A DNA stretch of 64,000 nucleotides, from IMG/VR virus record IMGVR_UViG_3300022927_000008, positions 32,001 through 96,000 of that record; one strand, 5' to 3'. A model generated the notes under the pieces. The model searched no databases and had not been told where the DNA came from. It worked only from the letters and a program-made list of their open reading frames with translations. The translations under genes and the position numbers were made by a program. Shown in pieces: positions 46,216 to 56,110 of this stretch (position 1 is its first letter; each line of letters starts with the position of its first letter). Origin of the DNA: a virus.

Positions 46216-46824
46216 TTATGTAATATCGTCTGATTCAATTAGGGTATATGTAAATGAATTACCCCAAATGTCTCTAGATTGTCTAACAAGGCCCATAAAA
46301 TCTTGCCAATCATCATTAGAAGCAATTACTTGGCAACCTGCAGACCATTTATCGATTTGAGTAGAAGTTTTACCTTCATATTTAGTTGCTCGGTGAATGT
46401 TAATTCCAAAAATACCTTTTTCAATATTTTCTTCATCTAGATCATAACAAACATCTAAGTTATTATCCCTGTAAACTTGTACAGGTTTTACTTGACGTAG
46501 TGCTTCGTATTTACCTTGGTGCAACCCAATTTGGTAAGTACTTCTATACTGATTAGGCTTTAAAATAGCAACACCTGATTCTTTCATAATATTTTCAACC
46601 CAATACTTGCCTGGGTCGGTTGTGCATCCGAAGCAACTATAATTCCACATACCATCTACCTTATAGGAGACAGTCATGTAGTCATCAAATTTATTAGTTA
46701 CTTCGTTTAATGTTTCAGAGTTTCTAACTCCTACTATGTTTAAATTGTAATCTCCACTTTCAAACCATTTGTATTCTTTAGACTTGACTGCGGTTTCAAT
46801 TTGTTCTCTTGTTGGACAATTCAT
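46216..46824 (-). CDS. YkuD/L,D-transpeptidase-like protein, possible lysin
   Basis: GINIH...WSAGC (H..SxGC catalytic pattern). Confidence 0.55.
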   Translation of the reverse strand: MNCPTREQIETAVKSKEYKWFESGDYNLNIVGVRNSETLNEVTNKFDDYMTVSYKVDGMWNYSCFGCTTDPGKYWVENIMKESGVAILKPNQYRSTYQIGLHQGKYEALRQVKPVQVYRDNNLDVCYDLDEENIEKGIFGINIHRATKYEGKTSTQIDKWSAGCQVIASNDDWQDFMGLVRQSRDIWGNSFTYTLIESDDIT

Positions 46825-46917
46825 TTTTTATCATTTTTATTCTTAATAATAGATACTATAGACAAAACTACAATTGTAAATGTCATAGCTATAAATAAAG
46901 TATCTACTAAAGAAATG

Positions 46918-47856
46918 TTAAAGTACATAATGTATTAATAATACTATTGCTACTGATACCATTAATCCTACTAATAATTTTAGGAAATCTTTAGCTACAA
47001 TAGGGAATACTTGCTTAAGATTACCCTTTTTAGTAAGGTATGTATTCAATGCTAACTCTCTACCACACAACAATCCAACAAATACCCAGGTAGTTGACAT
47101 AGGAATGTTATTTATTTGTTTAAAATAAAGTAATAGGAAAGCATACACTAAATCAATTAAAGTAGCTGATCTAACATATTTTGTATTTTGTTTGTCTAAG
47201 ACAATTTGTTGTATTTTACCTCCTTGTTGATAAAAAATCCATCCTAGACCTGCTGTAAAGAAGGTAATTACTCCTATAAGCTCTACAACTGAAAGTTGGC
47301 GAGGGAGGAATACAGCAATATTAGCTACATCATGAGACAACCAAGTAAACCATAGGAATCCTGTAGTGAACCATTGTCCTATTCTCCAATATTTTTTATT
47401 TTCTTCCTTAATATCTTTATTTTCATCAAAGAAATTAGAGATAATAAACCAAAGGGTATATGCTACTATTGCTGCTAATCCGTAACCCACTACACTTTTA
47501 AGTAGCATTTTTTCAAGTACAAAAGTAGAGGCGAATGCTGAGAGTACAAGGAATGAAGTAGATACAGGAATACCTTTTCTAGTAAGTGCAACTAGTGCTA
47601 AAGGTGCTAGTGCATGATACCACTGTACTTCTTGGAATGGTATTTTAGTTAATCTTCCATATGATATATCTCCATCATAGGCATACCACCCATAAACCAT
47701 AGTACCTATCATTACTGCAGAAGCTGCAGCCCACATAACGTACCATTTAAATTTTTCTCTGTTAGAGGCAATCCAAGTGCCTAGTGTTTGAACGCTGTCG
47801 TTAGCGATAACTGAATAACCGGCAAGGCAAAACCCTACCATTGCTAATAAACTCAT
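46918..47856 (-). CDS. PiT/PHO4-like phosphate transporter
   Basis: Multi-TM; duplicated signatures AND..GIPVSTS and HDVAN..PMSTT. Confidence 0.7.
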   Translation of the reverse strand: MSLLAMVGFCLAGYSVIANDSVQTLGTWIASNREKFKWYVMWAAASAVMIGTMVYGWYAYDGDISYGRLTKIPFQEVQWYHALAPLALVALTRKGIPVSTSFLVLSAFASTFVLEKMLLKSVVGYGLAAIVAYTLWFIISNFFDENKDIKEENKKYWRIGQWFTTGFLWFTWLSHDVANIAVFLPRQLSVVELIGVITFFTAGLGWIFYQQGGKIQQIVLDKQNTKYVRSATLIDLVYAFLLLYFKQINNIPMSTTWVFVGLLCGRELALNTYLTKKGNLKQVFPIVAKDFLKLLVGLMVSVAIVLLIHYVL

Positions 47857-47865
47857 TTTGTTGTG

Positions 47866-48309
47866 TTAAATTTTAATTGAAATTCTAAATCGTATTGTGT
47901 TTGAAGTATCCCATCCTACTCTATAAACGTAGTTTTTATATGGAATATCTGTTGCTATTGCAAAATTATATATTTCGTCGAACCAAAATTCTTGTTGTAC
48001 CCAAAGTTTAAATTTTTCAAACTTATAAATTAAACGTGGTTCCCAAGTAGGTTCGTTTTTTTCTCTTTTGTAGTGAAGTGGGACACTAAATACTACTTTG
48101 TCTGTTACTTTAAAATTGTGTCTATAAGTAAATCGATTTTCACCTAAATCAGTTTTATGTCTTAATTCAAGTCCACCTTTATTGTGTATTTTATGACTTA
48201 TAGTAAGGTATGATTTACCGTTTGTTCTTAACTCATATCCTATTTTTTGGGAATGGCAAACGCTTGCTATTATAAGAACTAAATTAAATAATATAAATAA
48301 ATGTTTCAT
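47866..48309 (-). CDS. Secreted beta-rich protein, possible small porin
   Basis: Signal peptide; aromatic/basic alternating strands; co-transcribed with the transporter. Confidence 0.5.
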   Translation of the reverse strand: MKHLFILFNLVLIIASVCHSQKIGYELRTNGKSYLTISHKIHNKGGLELRHKTDLGENRFTYRHNFKVTDKVVFSVPLHYKREKNEPTWEPRLIYKFEKFKLWVQQEFWFDEIYNFAIATDIPYKNYVYRVGWDTSNTIRFRISIKI

Positions 48310-48311
48310 GC

Positions 48312-48971
48312 TTATACGTATCCTAAAGCGTTCGAGATCACTGGGAATTTGTTTATAAAGTGTTTTTTAATCTCTTTAGCTACTAATTGGATTTCTTTTT
48401 GAGCATGTTCATCATCTCTTAGTTCAAGAAAATGAATCCAACTACGAATACTACCTGTCATATGAATTTTAGTAGTTGTAGCAAGTGGAAGAACCATACG
48501 TGCTTGTTCACGAGCTACTCCTGCTTCTAAAAGCTCATTATATAAAGCATGAGTTCTTTTTAAATGAGCATCTATAACTTCAGATGCTTTACCTTTAAAA
48601 TAACTTTGATTGTTATTAAAAATTTCAGGATTAATTATTTCTGTTGAACTTTGTCTATTATCTTCACATTGTGCTCTTAGTTCAATAGGTTCAAACATAC
48701 CTTCAAGCTTGTTAACATCTTGGTATCGTTGGCTAAACTCTTGAAATGAAAATGAACGGTGTCTGATTAATTGTATACCTATTGCTTTTGATGTTTCGAT
48801 TTCAAAAGTAACATGTCCATGTTCAAATGGAGACCAATGTTTATGTTTAATTAGGTAATTAAGAAGACCTTCAGGTTTGCTTTTTTTGTCTTTACGTGAG
48901 CTAGATACACGTGCTACTTCTACTATATGCTCTTCAGCATTTGGTGTAACATTTAATAGCGTAACTTTCAT
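48312..48971 (-). CDS. thyX: Flavin-dependent thymidylate synthase
   Basis: H.SPFEH, RHRSFSFQEFSQRY, E.AR.VLP. Confidence 0.95.
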   Translation of the reverse strand: MKVTLLNVTPNAEEHIVEVARVSSSRKDKKSKPEGLLNYLIKHKHWSPFEHGHVTFEIETSKAIGIQLIRHRSFSFQEFSQRYQDVNKLEGMFEPIELRAQCEDNRQSSTEIINPEIFNNNQSYFKGKASEVIDAHLKRTHALYNELLEAGVAREQARMVLPLATTTKIHMTGSIRSWIHFLELRDDEHAQKEIQLVAKEIKKHFINKFPVISNALGYV

Positions 48972-49022
48972 TTGGTTAATAAATTTGATATAACTTTACG
49001 AACAATTTTTGAAAAAACCAAG

Positions 49023-50498
49023 TTAACGTAAAATTATAACGTGTCCTCTTAATTCTTTTACTTCAGCTGTCCCTACTTTCCTTGCTTGGAACCACCACAA
49101 ATACATTTCATTTTGTACATAATAATCACCCCCTCTAAAATTACCATTCCAAACTAAGTTATTTACATCATAAGATTCCCATACTATATTTCCCCATCTA
49201 CTTATTACTTGAACCTTAACATCAGTCCAACATTCAGGATCTAGTACTATCTCCCACCCATCATTATACCCATCATTATCTGGGGTGAAGGCGTTAGGAA
49301 TGTAAACATTACATTCTTTATTCCTAATTTCACTACAAGGTAAACCTGTTTCACAATCTATTTCTACAAACTCATATATAGTAACTGTATCACTTTGTAT
49401 TATATAAATTGTATCTACAGAATAGATGTATTCTGTTTCAATTACAGTATCAGTTACAAAAATAAATTCTGTCTCAGTTACAGTAATTGTATCTGTTATA
49501 AATATAGTTTCAGTAACTGTGTCCGGGGGTAGTTCTATATAGAGTGTATCAATTTCAGTTACAATAATTGTATCGGGAGGTAGCTCTATATAAAGTGTAT
49601 CAATTTCAGTTACAGTAATAATAAGAGTATCTATTTCATATATAGTATCAGGGGGTAGTTCTATGTAAACAGTATCACACTCAACTTCTTCAGGACAATC
49701 AAAAGCATTAAAATAAAAATCCCAATAACCGTCTGAGTTTTGGTATTCATTACATAGTTCTTCACCATTAGGAGTATCACAATAAATACAAAACCCACCT
49801 GGTTCAAACCATTGGTTGTTGTAATTACAAGCTATTGGGTTATTACATTCATCTAATATTAATGGTTCTTCGGGTTCCTCGCAAGGTCCTACGATTATCC
49901 AATTGTCTAAAAAGTTAGTATCTTCATACAACCCACTCCCATAACTGGTCCCATCACCATTTGCCCCTACTTCTGCCCAACCCCCATCTTCAGCATACAT
50001 TGTAGGCCCATAGCTAATCTGCCATATTACTGCTTGAATGCTATAACCTTCATCATACCAATATTGTAAATTATTGGCAAGTTGAGAAGTTGTATTGATA
50101 TTTGTTGATTGATAAACATTATCCAAAGGAAAAGTTAAAGTATCCCCCGTATAGTAAGGGGGTTGTAATTCAGGACCATAGTTATTAGTCCAATTACCAA
50201 ATATTTCAGTTGTAGTAGCTGAGTATAACCATCCAGGATGATTACTGTTATCAGGGATAGATATTCCACTAGGGAAATCCCAACCAATATTCATAGCATT
50301 ACAGTTACTATCTATTGCTTGAAACCCAAATTGAATTTCAGATATACCATCAGGCCCACCTGTCCCCCCACAGTTATTTGTATTGTTAAAAGCTACAGTA
50401 ATTGTAGCATCATTAACATTAAAATCAAGTATTTCAAGATCACATTGTCCTAATATACTAAATGGTAAAAAAAGTAAAGCTAATAATAATTTCTTCAT
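49023..50498 (-). CDS. Secreted protein with T9SS type-B (CHU_C / gliding motility) C-terminal domain and DT-rich stalk
   Basis: Signal peptide; YIPNAFTPDNDGYND..I.SRWG...G.V.ILR. Confidence 0.85.
   Translation of the reverse strand: MKKLLLALLFLPFSILGQCDLEILDFNVNDATITVAFNNTNNCGGTGGPDGISEIQFGFQAIDSNCNAMNIGWDFPSGISIPDNSNHPGWLYSATTTEIFGNWTNNYGPELQPPYYTGDTLTFPLDNVYQSTNINTTSQLANNLQYWYDEGYSIQAVIWQISYGPTMYAEDGGWAEVGANGDGTSYGSGLYEDTNFLDNWIIVGPCEEPEEPLILDECNNPIACNYNNQWFEPGGFCIYCDTPNGEELCNEYQNSDGYWDFYFNAFDCPEEVECDTVYIELPPDTIYEIDTLIITVTEIDTLYIELPPDTIIVTEIDTLYIELPPDTVTETIFITDTITVTETEFIFVTDTVIETEYIYSVDTIYIIQSDTVTIYEFVEIDCETGLPCSEIRNKECNVYIPNAFTPDNDGYNDGWEIVLDPECWTDVKVQVISRWGNIVWESYDVNNLVWNGNFRGGDYYVQNEMYLWWFQARKVGTAEVKELRGHVIILR
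49380..49680 (-). repeat. Imperfect tandem repeats encoding (EIDTLYIELPPDT)-type units
   Basis: Repeated gtatcaatttcagttaca and tctatata strings. Confidence 0.8.
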
Positions 50499-52495
50499 TA
50501 ATGTTGTTGGTGATAGATTTTTTTACTAATCACAAAACCATTTGTCCATTCTTGAACTATAAAATAGATTCCTGTATCTAGATAATCATTATATTGTACT
50601 TCTTGTCCTTGCAAATTATATAGTTTTTGAGTAACAACTTCTTCTCCTGCCTCTTGTACTAATCGTCTAAAACTATCTAATGGGGGAGACATTAAACCTG
50701 TTCCACATTCAGTATCAAAATTAGCAATAGCATCTAATATATCATCTACCCCTACAACCCCATCTTGGTTGATATCAAATTGGTTACAAGGTTCTACTTC
50801 AAGTCCATAATATTGTATAATTTGTAGTATATCACTTACCCATACAAATCCATTACCATCTACATCCCATGGACAATCGTTAGGGGGACAAAAAGAGGGT
50901 ATTACATAAAAGGGTAAAGGTTCACCATCAGCCCACCCTCCTTGGATTGAGTTTAATGTATCATTCCCACTTATAATTGAGATAAGCCCATACTCATCAG
51001 GATTATCTACACAATAATAATGTAACCCATTACCAAAAATATCTTCTAACACTAAAACATAGTTACCTTCAGGTAAACAAAAACTATAAGTTTCAGATTC
51101 ACAAGAATAATCAGCATTAGTATATGTCTGGCTTCCTACCCCACTAATAGCATCTCCTATAGGATTGTTTAAACTATCAGCCTCGTATAAAACCCAATGG
51201 AATCCGTAGGGAAGGGCGTCAAATTGTATATTAATATCAATAAGAGAACCTTCATAATTGTCAAGTTGAACTGACTGAGTGTTATTATCTGCGTAGACAT
51301 CTCCTAAGGCATCTACATTAATTTCAATATCTACTAGACCATAACCTACTTCAAAATTAGGTATAGTTATAGTTTCACTTTCACCAAATCCTAAATTACC
51401 TGTCCAAATCATAAATAACTCTTCACCATTAATTGTATAATTAATAGTGGTTTCAGTTAAAGTATCACCATAACTAGTTAATATAAATTCTATATCTTGT
51501 GTAGGGTCACAACCAAGATTTGGTATAGTAACACCACTTACACCAGCATCTACACCATCAATAGCACCACAAGCTAGTGTGTTATTTACTACCCCTGGGC
51601 GAGCTGTTTCTAGTCTGCTAAGCATTCTTAAAGCTTGACCCTGGGTAAAACTATCCATGCATTGGTCATTAGAATAATCCATGAAATTCTCCACCAATGT
51701 TTCAGGACATGATAAAGGTCCACATCCCGCAGAACCTGTAGTTGGTGGGGTATCGCATACAGCATCACCTTGGCTGACGCAATTACCAGTAGGATTACAC
51801 GTAGAAGTATTGTGGAATGTATGGAATAACCCACAATAATGTCCTAGTTCGTGTACTAGTGTTCTATTTAAAGCATAATTATTTTGATACCCAGTTATTC
51901 CAAAGTAATTTGTACCTACAAATACCCCATAATTTGAAGGGGCTAAATAAGCAAATCCTAAAGGACTAGTAAAAGGTGCAACAAAAATATTACAATAATT
52001 ACTACGATCATACCCAATTAAATTAGAAACATTTACATTATTTAAGTAAAAATCAGAAATGTCACCGAAACCTAAATCATCCCAATTATAATATCTAATA
52101 CCTTCAATTGGAGCACCACTAGTAGATAAATTTGCAATACAAAAATCTATTTCTGTATTTGCTGTGGGGTCGTCACTAAACTCACCTGCAAAGTTTTGGT
52201 TGGCATTATCAATAGCTTCTTGAACATATTCAATAGGTAAATGGTTATCCACTCCATAGGGCTCACCAAGGTGAATAATATGGACAATAACCGGTACAGT
52301 TATAGGAAGATCAGGCATAGATGAAGCCCTTTTAGCTTCTTCTGCTTCCTTAGCTATTTTTTCAAGTTTTAAATAGCTTCGTTTAAATTTAGGATCTTGT
52401 AGCTGTTGCTCAAAAAGAGCATCTGTGCCACATCTTTCTTGCCCATAAAGGGGCAATGTCATAAGTAGTAAAAATAGGAAAATCAGTTTTTTCAT
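50498..52495 (-). CDS. M43 zinc metalloprotease with dockerin/EF-hand-like and CTD-like tail
   Basis: Signal peptide, RCGT cysteine switch, HELGHYCGLFHTF, NFMDY, DVDGNG/DINQDG. Confidence 0.88.
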   Translation of the reverse strand: MKKLIFLFLLLMTLPLYGQERCGTDALFEQQLQDPKFKRSYLKLEKIAKEAEEAKRASSMPDLPITVPVIVHIIHLGEPYGVDNHLPIEYVQEAIDNANQNFAGEFSDDPTANTEIDFCIANLSTSGAPIEGIRYYNWDDLGFGDISDFYLNNVNVSNLIGYDRSNYCNIFVAPFTSPLGFAYLAPSNYGVFVGTNYFGITGYQNNYALNRTLVHELGHYCGLFHTFHNTSTCNPTGNCVSQGDAVCDTPPTTGSAGCGPLSCPETLVENFMDYSNDQCMDSFTQGQALRMLSRLETARPGVVNNTLACGAIDGVDAGVSGVTIPNLGCDPTQDIEFILTSYGDTLTETTINYTINGEELFMIWTGNLGFGESETITIPNFEVGYGLVDIEINVDALGDVYADNNTQSVQLDNYEGSLIDINIQFDALPYGFHWVLYEADSLNNPIGDAISGVGSQTYTNADYSCESETYSFCLPEGNYVLVLEDIFGNGLHYYCVDNPDEYGLISIISGNDTLNSIQGGWADGEPLPFYVIPSFCPPNDCPWDVDGNGFVWVSDILQIIQYYGLEVEPCNQFDINQDGVVGVDDILDAIANFDTECGTGLMSPPLDSFRRLVQEAGEEVVTQKLYNLQGQEVQYNDYLDTGIYFIVQEWTNGFVISKKIYHQQH

Positions 52496-52529
52496 AGCGG
52501 TTTGGTTGTAACTTTCGGTTATAAATATT

Positions 52530-52557
52530 AAAAAAGGCACCCGAAGGTGCCCTTTTT
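52530..52557. terminator. Bidirectional intrinsic terminator
   Basis: AAAAAA-GGCACC-CGAA-GGTGCC-CTTTTT. Confidence 0.85.
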
Positions 52558-52576
52558 GGCATAAATTTGTAAGTCG

Positions 52577-53350
52577 TTAAACTCCACGTTCTGTATTATA
52601 AGCTATAATATGGTCTCGACCAGTCATATTATATCCATGCTCAGCGACCATTTCAAATACTTTAGGGTACATTTCAACTAGTGTTTCTCTTGTATCCCCT
52701 GCAGGCATAACAAATGTTTTATTTTTAGGAATATTCATTTTAACTCTAAATTCCTCAATTTCAGCTAAACACTCATCGGTACCATCCCAAACTGGTTTAT
52801 AATGATAATCACTATGAAAATCAATCATTTTCTGAATGTTCTCATAATGGAGTCTAAACTTGTTATGCTGAGTGACAAACCTTTCATCAACCACTTTACC
52901 ACCGGGAGTAGTAATACCCACACGAGGGACAGAATTAGAAAACTTAGGGCTAAGGGATACGAGACCAAGTGGAAAATCCGTTTCCACGAAGTGAGACCCT
53001 TCGGTTTCGATTGTAATGAGAATTCCTCTTTCGTTGGCAAAATGGGTAAGTTCATTTACAAGGGCAGCATGCATTGTTGGTGAACCCCCTGTTAACATCA
53101 TCTCTTTTACTTGAGGATTCTCATCATAAATATTGATAATGTCATTAAATGTAAACGTACCTTTTTCAGGGTGGATTGAAGTATACCACGAATCACACCA
53201 CCCACCTTCACCAAACCAACAGCGGTGGGTACATCCTGTAGTTCGAACGGCAATAGTGGGGCGCCCGAAACGGGAGCCCTCACTTTGCACGCATCGATAT
53301 ACCTCTAATACAGGTAATACTTTATCGTAATCTTCTATCCTTTTAAGCAT
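52577..53350 (-). CDS. queE: 7-carboxy-7-deazaguanine synthase (radical SAM)
   Basis: Q.EG...G.P, CTHRC..WCD, LTGG.P, IET.G, SPK. Confidence 0.9.
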   Translation of the reverse strand: MLKRIEDYDKVLPVLEVYRCVQSEGSRFGRPTIAVRTTGCTHRCWFGEGGWCDSWYTSIHPEKGTFTFNDIINIYDENPQVKEMMLTGGSPTMHAALVNELTHFANERGILITIETEGSHFVETDFPLGLVSLSPKFSNSVPRVGITTPGGKVVDERFVTQHNKFRLHYENIQKMIDFHSDYHYKPVWDGTDECLAEIEEFRVKMNIPKNKTFVMPAGDTRETLVEMYPKVFEMVAEHGYNMTGRDHIIAYNTERGV

Positions 53351-53351
53351 A

Positions 53352-53972
53352 TTATCTTTCGATCTTTAGAAACTTTTCACCATTTTTAATATAAATGGAG
53401 TTAAAGGGAATTTGATCGTAGCTATCAATTTCTTGACCCATAATATTATAGTAAATATTATTTTGTGGGGTTTTATTTTCTAGCTCTAGTATTGAATTAG
53501 TACTACTAGGTACAAGAACAGCATCAATAACATGAACAACACCATTATCTGTGACAAGGTCAGCAACTGTGACCATGGCATATTCAACTGTGACTCCTGT
53601 GCTATCTACACCAATAGTTAAAGTACCATTGTTTAGTGCTGTTACTTCCATACCATCATACAGATCAGTACTTAGAGCTGTGGTTCCCACAACATGATAT
53701 GTAAGAATATCTGCCAAGTTTTGTAACTCTAATAGATCAGTGGGTTCGAGTTGGAGTGAGGTTGCTAAAGTAATAAATGCACTATCTGTAGGTGCAAATA
53801 CTGTAAATGTTCCTGTTGTGTCGCTTAAAGCTTCAACTAATCCTGCTTCTACTACTGCAGCTTCTAACAAGGTGTGGTCTTCGCTATTTACAATAACATC
53901 AACAACAGTTGTTTGTGCAGAACTAACTAGGGTGGTTAAGGCCAACCCAAAGGCCATAATTGTTTTTTTCAT
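53352..53972 (-). CDS. Fasciclin (FAS1) secreted protein with T9SS-like tail
   Basis: TVFAPTDSAF, ILTYHVV, NGVVHVIDAVL; YNIMGQE...KNGEKF. Confidence 0.88.
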   Translation of the reverse strand: MKKTIMAFGLALTTLVSSAQTTVVDVIVNSEDHTLLEAAVVEAGLVEALSDTTGTFTVFAPTDSAFITLATSLQLEPTDLLELQNLADILTYHVVGTTALSTDLYDGMEVTALNNGTLTIGVDSTGVTVEYAMVTVADLVTDNGVVHVIDAVLVPSSTNSILELENKTPQNNIYYNIMGQEIDSYDQIPFNSIYIKNGEKFLKIER

Positions 53973-54000
53973 AATTTTGATTTTTGTTATTAACTTTTAT

Positions 54001-54459
54001 TTATTCAGCATAGATTGCTGTGTTTTTTCCGTGTTCTCTAAATTCTACTTGCATAACCTTAACACGTCCATCTGTTTCTTCTAATACAAACTTGTTAAGT
54101 TTCTCATAAATATACTGAGCAAAACGTTCTGCTCCAGTTGCTGGTATTTCTCTAAGTTGAATTACACCTGCTTCATCCATTCTACGAAATGATTCTAGGA
54201 ATGGATCGTCTTCAGCTACAAGCATAGTATGATCAAACATATGGTCCATCCAAGCTTTAGGATTCATACCATCAATTTCGGTTTTAGCACGTTTCATACC
54301 CCCAAAATCCCAAACCCAATTACGTTCGTCTAGTTCCCCTTTAAACCATACTTTAAACGAGATTCCATAACCATGGAGAAATCTACAATGTGTGCCTTCT
54401 GCTTTAGCTTGACGAAACACACAGCTAAACCCATCAAATACTTTAGTTGATATAAACAT
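54001..54459 (-). CDS. queD: 6-carboxytetrahydropterin synthase
   Basis: HCRFLHGY, DFG, FDH, AE. Confidence 0.9.
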   Translation of the reverse strand: MFISTKVFDGFSCVFRQAKAEGTHCRFLHGYGISFKVWFKGELDERNWVWDFGGMKRAKTEIDGMNPKAWMDHMFDHTMLVAEDDPFLESFRRMDEAGVIQLREIPATGAERFAQYIYEKLNKFVLEETDGRVKVMQVEFREHGKNTAIYAE

Positions 54460-55295
54460 TAGGCTTCAGCTAAAACTTGTTCAACATGTTGTTTTACAGT
54501 ATTCCATGTAACGGGTCCTCTCTCATCAGCATATTGTACCGGATCCTCTGTCCCCAACTTAATAAACGCTTCGACACGTTCCACCGAAGAAGCAGATTTA
54601 TAGTCGCTGTACCACTTATCACCAAAACTAAGGGGCTTATAAGAAGTATTTGTAAGGGAATAAACTCGGTTGAAATCAAGTCCCAATTCATCGCAGCATC
54701 TTCTTCCATCAAGCAAAATATCATACTTATCCCCACTGAGGTAAGGGGTATGATAGGTAACGCGCCCAGCGTTCCAATTACCTTCGGTGAAAGCTGCATA
54801 GTCAGCGTCCCTGAACTCTTGTCTACAATCGGGGTATATAGCATGATCACCTGCGTGAATACCCATCGCAATATGTACTTCAGTATCTTTTTCATTTGCT
54901 ATTGATAGTGCTACCGCTTGAATTATTGATGAGAAAATTTTATTTCTATTAGGAACAACTGTTTCCTTCATGTTTTCCTGTTCATAGTGTCCTTCAGGCA
55001 CCTCATCTCCACCTTCTACAAGGGCACTATTAAGCATAGGAGCCAAACCATCAAGTTTAATTACTCCATATTTAATTTCTGGGTATTTTTCCCTAAATTC
55101 ACCTAGTGGGGATTGTTCAAGTCTAACTGTATTAAGGTGGCTTACTAATTCACGAGCACGGGAGAGTTCAACTTTATGTTTTTGTCCATAATCAAAACTC
55201 AAAGCTGTAACCTCGTAGCCTTCTGCTAATAGTCTTAGCAAAACTGTGGAGCTGTCCATTCCTCCACTTAAAGATAAAACTGCTTGTTTATTCAT
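54459..55295 (-). CDS. queC: 7-cyano-7-deazaguanine synthase
   Basis: SGGMDS, FDYGQKH, VPNRN, YPDCR. Confidence 0.92.
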   Translation of the reverse strand: MNKQAVLSLSGGMDSSTVLLRLLAEGYEVTALSFDYGQKHKVELSRARELVSHLNTVRLEQSPLGEFREKYPEIKYGVIKLDGLAPMLNSALVEGGDEVPEGHYEQENMKETVVPNRNKIFSSIIQAVALSIANEKDTEVHIAMGIHAGDHAIYPDCRQEFRDADYAAFTEGNWNAGRVTYHTPYLSGDKYDILLDGRRCCDELGLDFNRVYSLTNTSYKPLSFGDKWYSDYKSASSVERVEAFIKLGTEDPVQYADERGPVTWNTVKQHVEQVLAEA

Positions 55296-56110
55296 GTTAT
55301 ATTATTAATTAATTTAAAGTATGTAGTATTATGTCGTATAGCTTCATATATGGCTTCATCAAATTTAGCATCAATTACTTCATCTATTTTAGTTTTAGGT
55401 TTAGAATCTAGACCCCAATTATTATAAAGAGTACCATCAAATGCCGCCATTACAGGATTTGAAGTGTCTATGCTTACAATTTGTTTTACATCCTTATAAT
55501 ATAAAAACTCTTGTGGGAGGGAACAACCTAAAAGATGAATTTTATCGCTTTTTCCAATAAGACCCATATTAATCATTTTGCTAATAACTAATTGACGTCC
55601 CAATGCTTTCCCAATATCCTTATTAGGATGTGGGAATATATCGTTATAATAGCTAGCTCCATATGAAAATGCAATTTTGGTGTAACCCAACCACTTATAT
55701 GTTTGATAACACTTTACTACGTCATCAAATGATTTACCTTGTACTACTGCAACTTTCTTTACTCCTTCAGGTAATTCAATAAAGCTCCATTCTTTAGCTT
55801 GGCGCATTGATTGGGTGGCGTCTTCCCAAGCATCTGGTACTATAAATTCATCGGGTTTTATTTCCTCAATAATAGAAATCATTCTACCTTTTGAGTAAGG
55901 TGCTCCAAGTTCATGGAGAGAATTATCCATTATAATGTGACGCTTACCTGCATGGTTGCTTCTTTGGAAGAATTCTTTGTACTCCTCAAATTGATCATAC
56001 AAATGAGGGAGTAAATAGTCATAGTCGTTAAATTCTAGACTAGCTTGTAGGTAAGTAAAAGGTATCTCATGTGATACTATTGCTCCCTTTGCTGATGCTT
56101 CTATACTCAT
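55292..56110 (-). CDS. TGT-fold (DpdA-like) transglycosylase
   Basis: IMDNS, FIVPD, AVVQG, IHLLG, SIDTS in TIM-barrel order; coupled to queC. Confidence 0.7.
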   Translation of the reverse strand: MSIEASAKGAIVSHEIPFTYLQASLEFNDYDYLLPHLYDQFEEYKEFFQRSNHAGKRHIIMDNSLHELGAPYSKGRMISIIEEIKPDEFIVPDAWEDATQSMRQAKEWSFIELPEGVKKVAVVQGKSFDDVVKCYQTYKWLGYTKIAFSYGASYYNDIFPHPNKDIGKALGRQLVISKMINMGLIGKSDKIHLLGCSLPQEFLYYKDVKQIVSIDTSNPVMAAFDGTLYNNWGLDSKPKTKIDEVIDAKFDEAIYEAIRHNTTYFKLINNIT

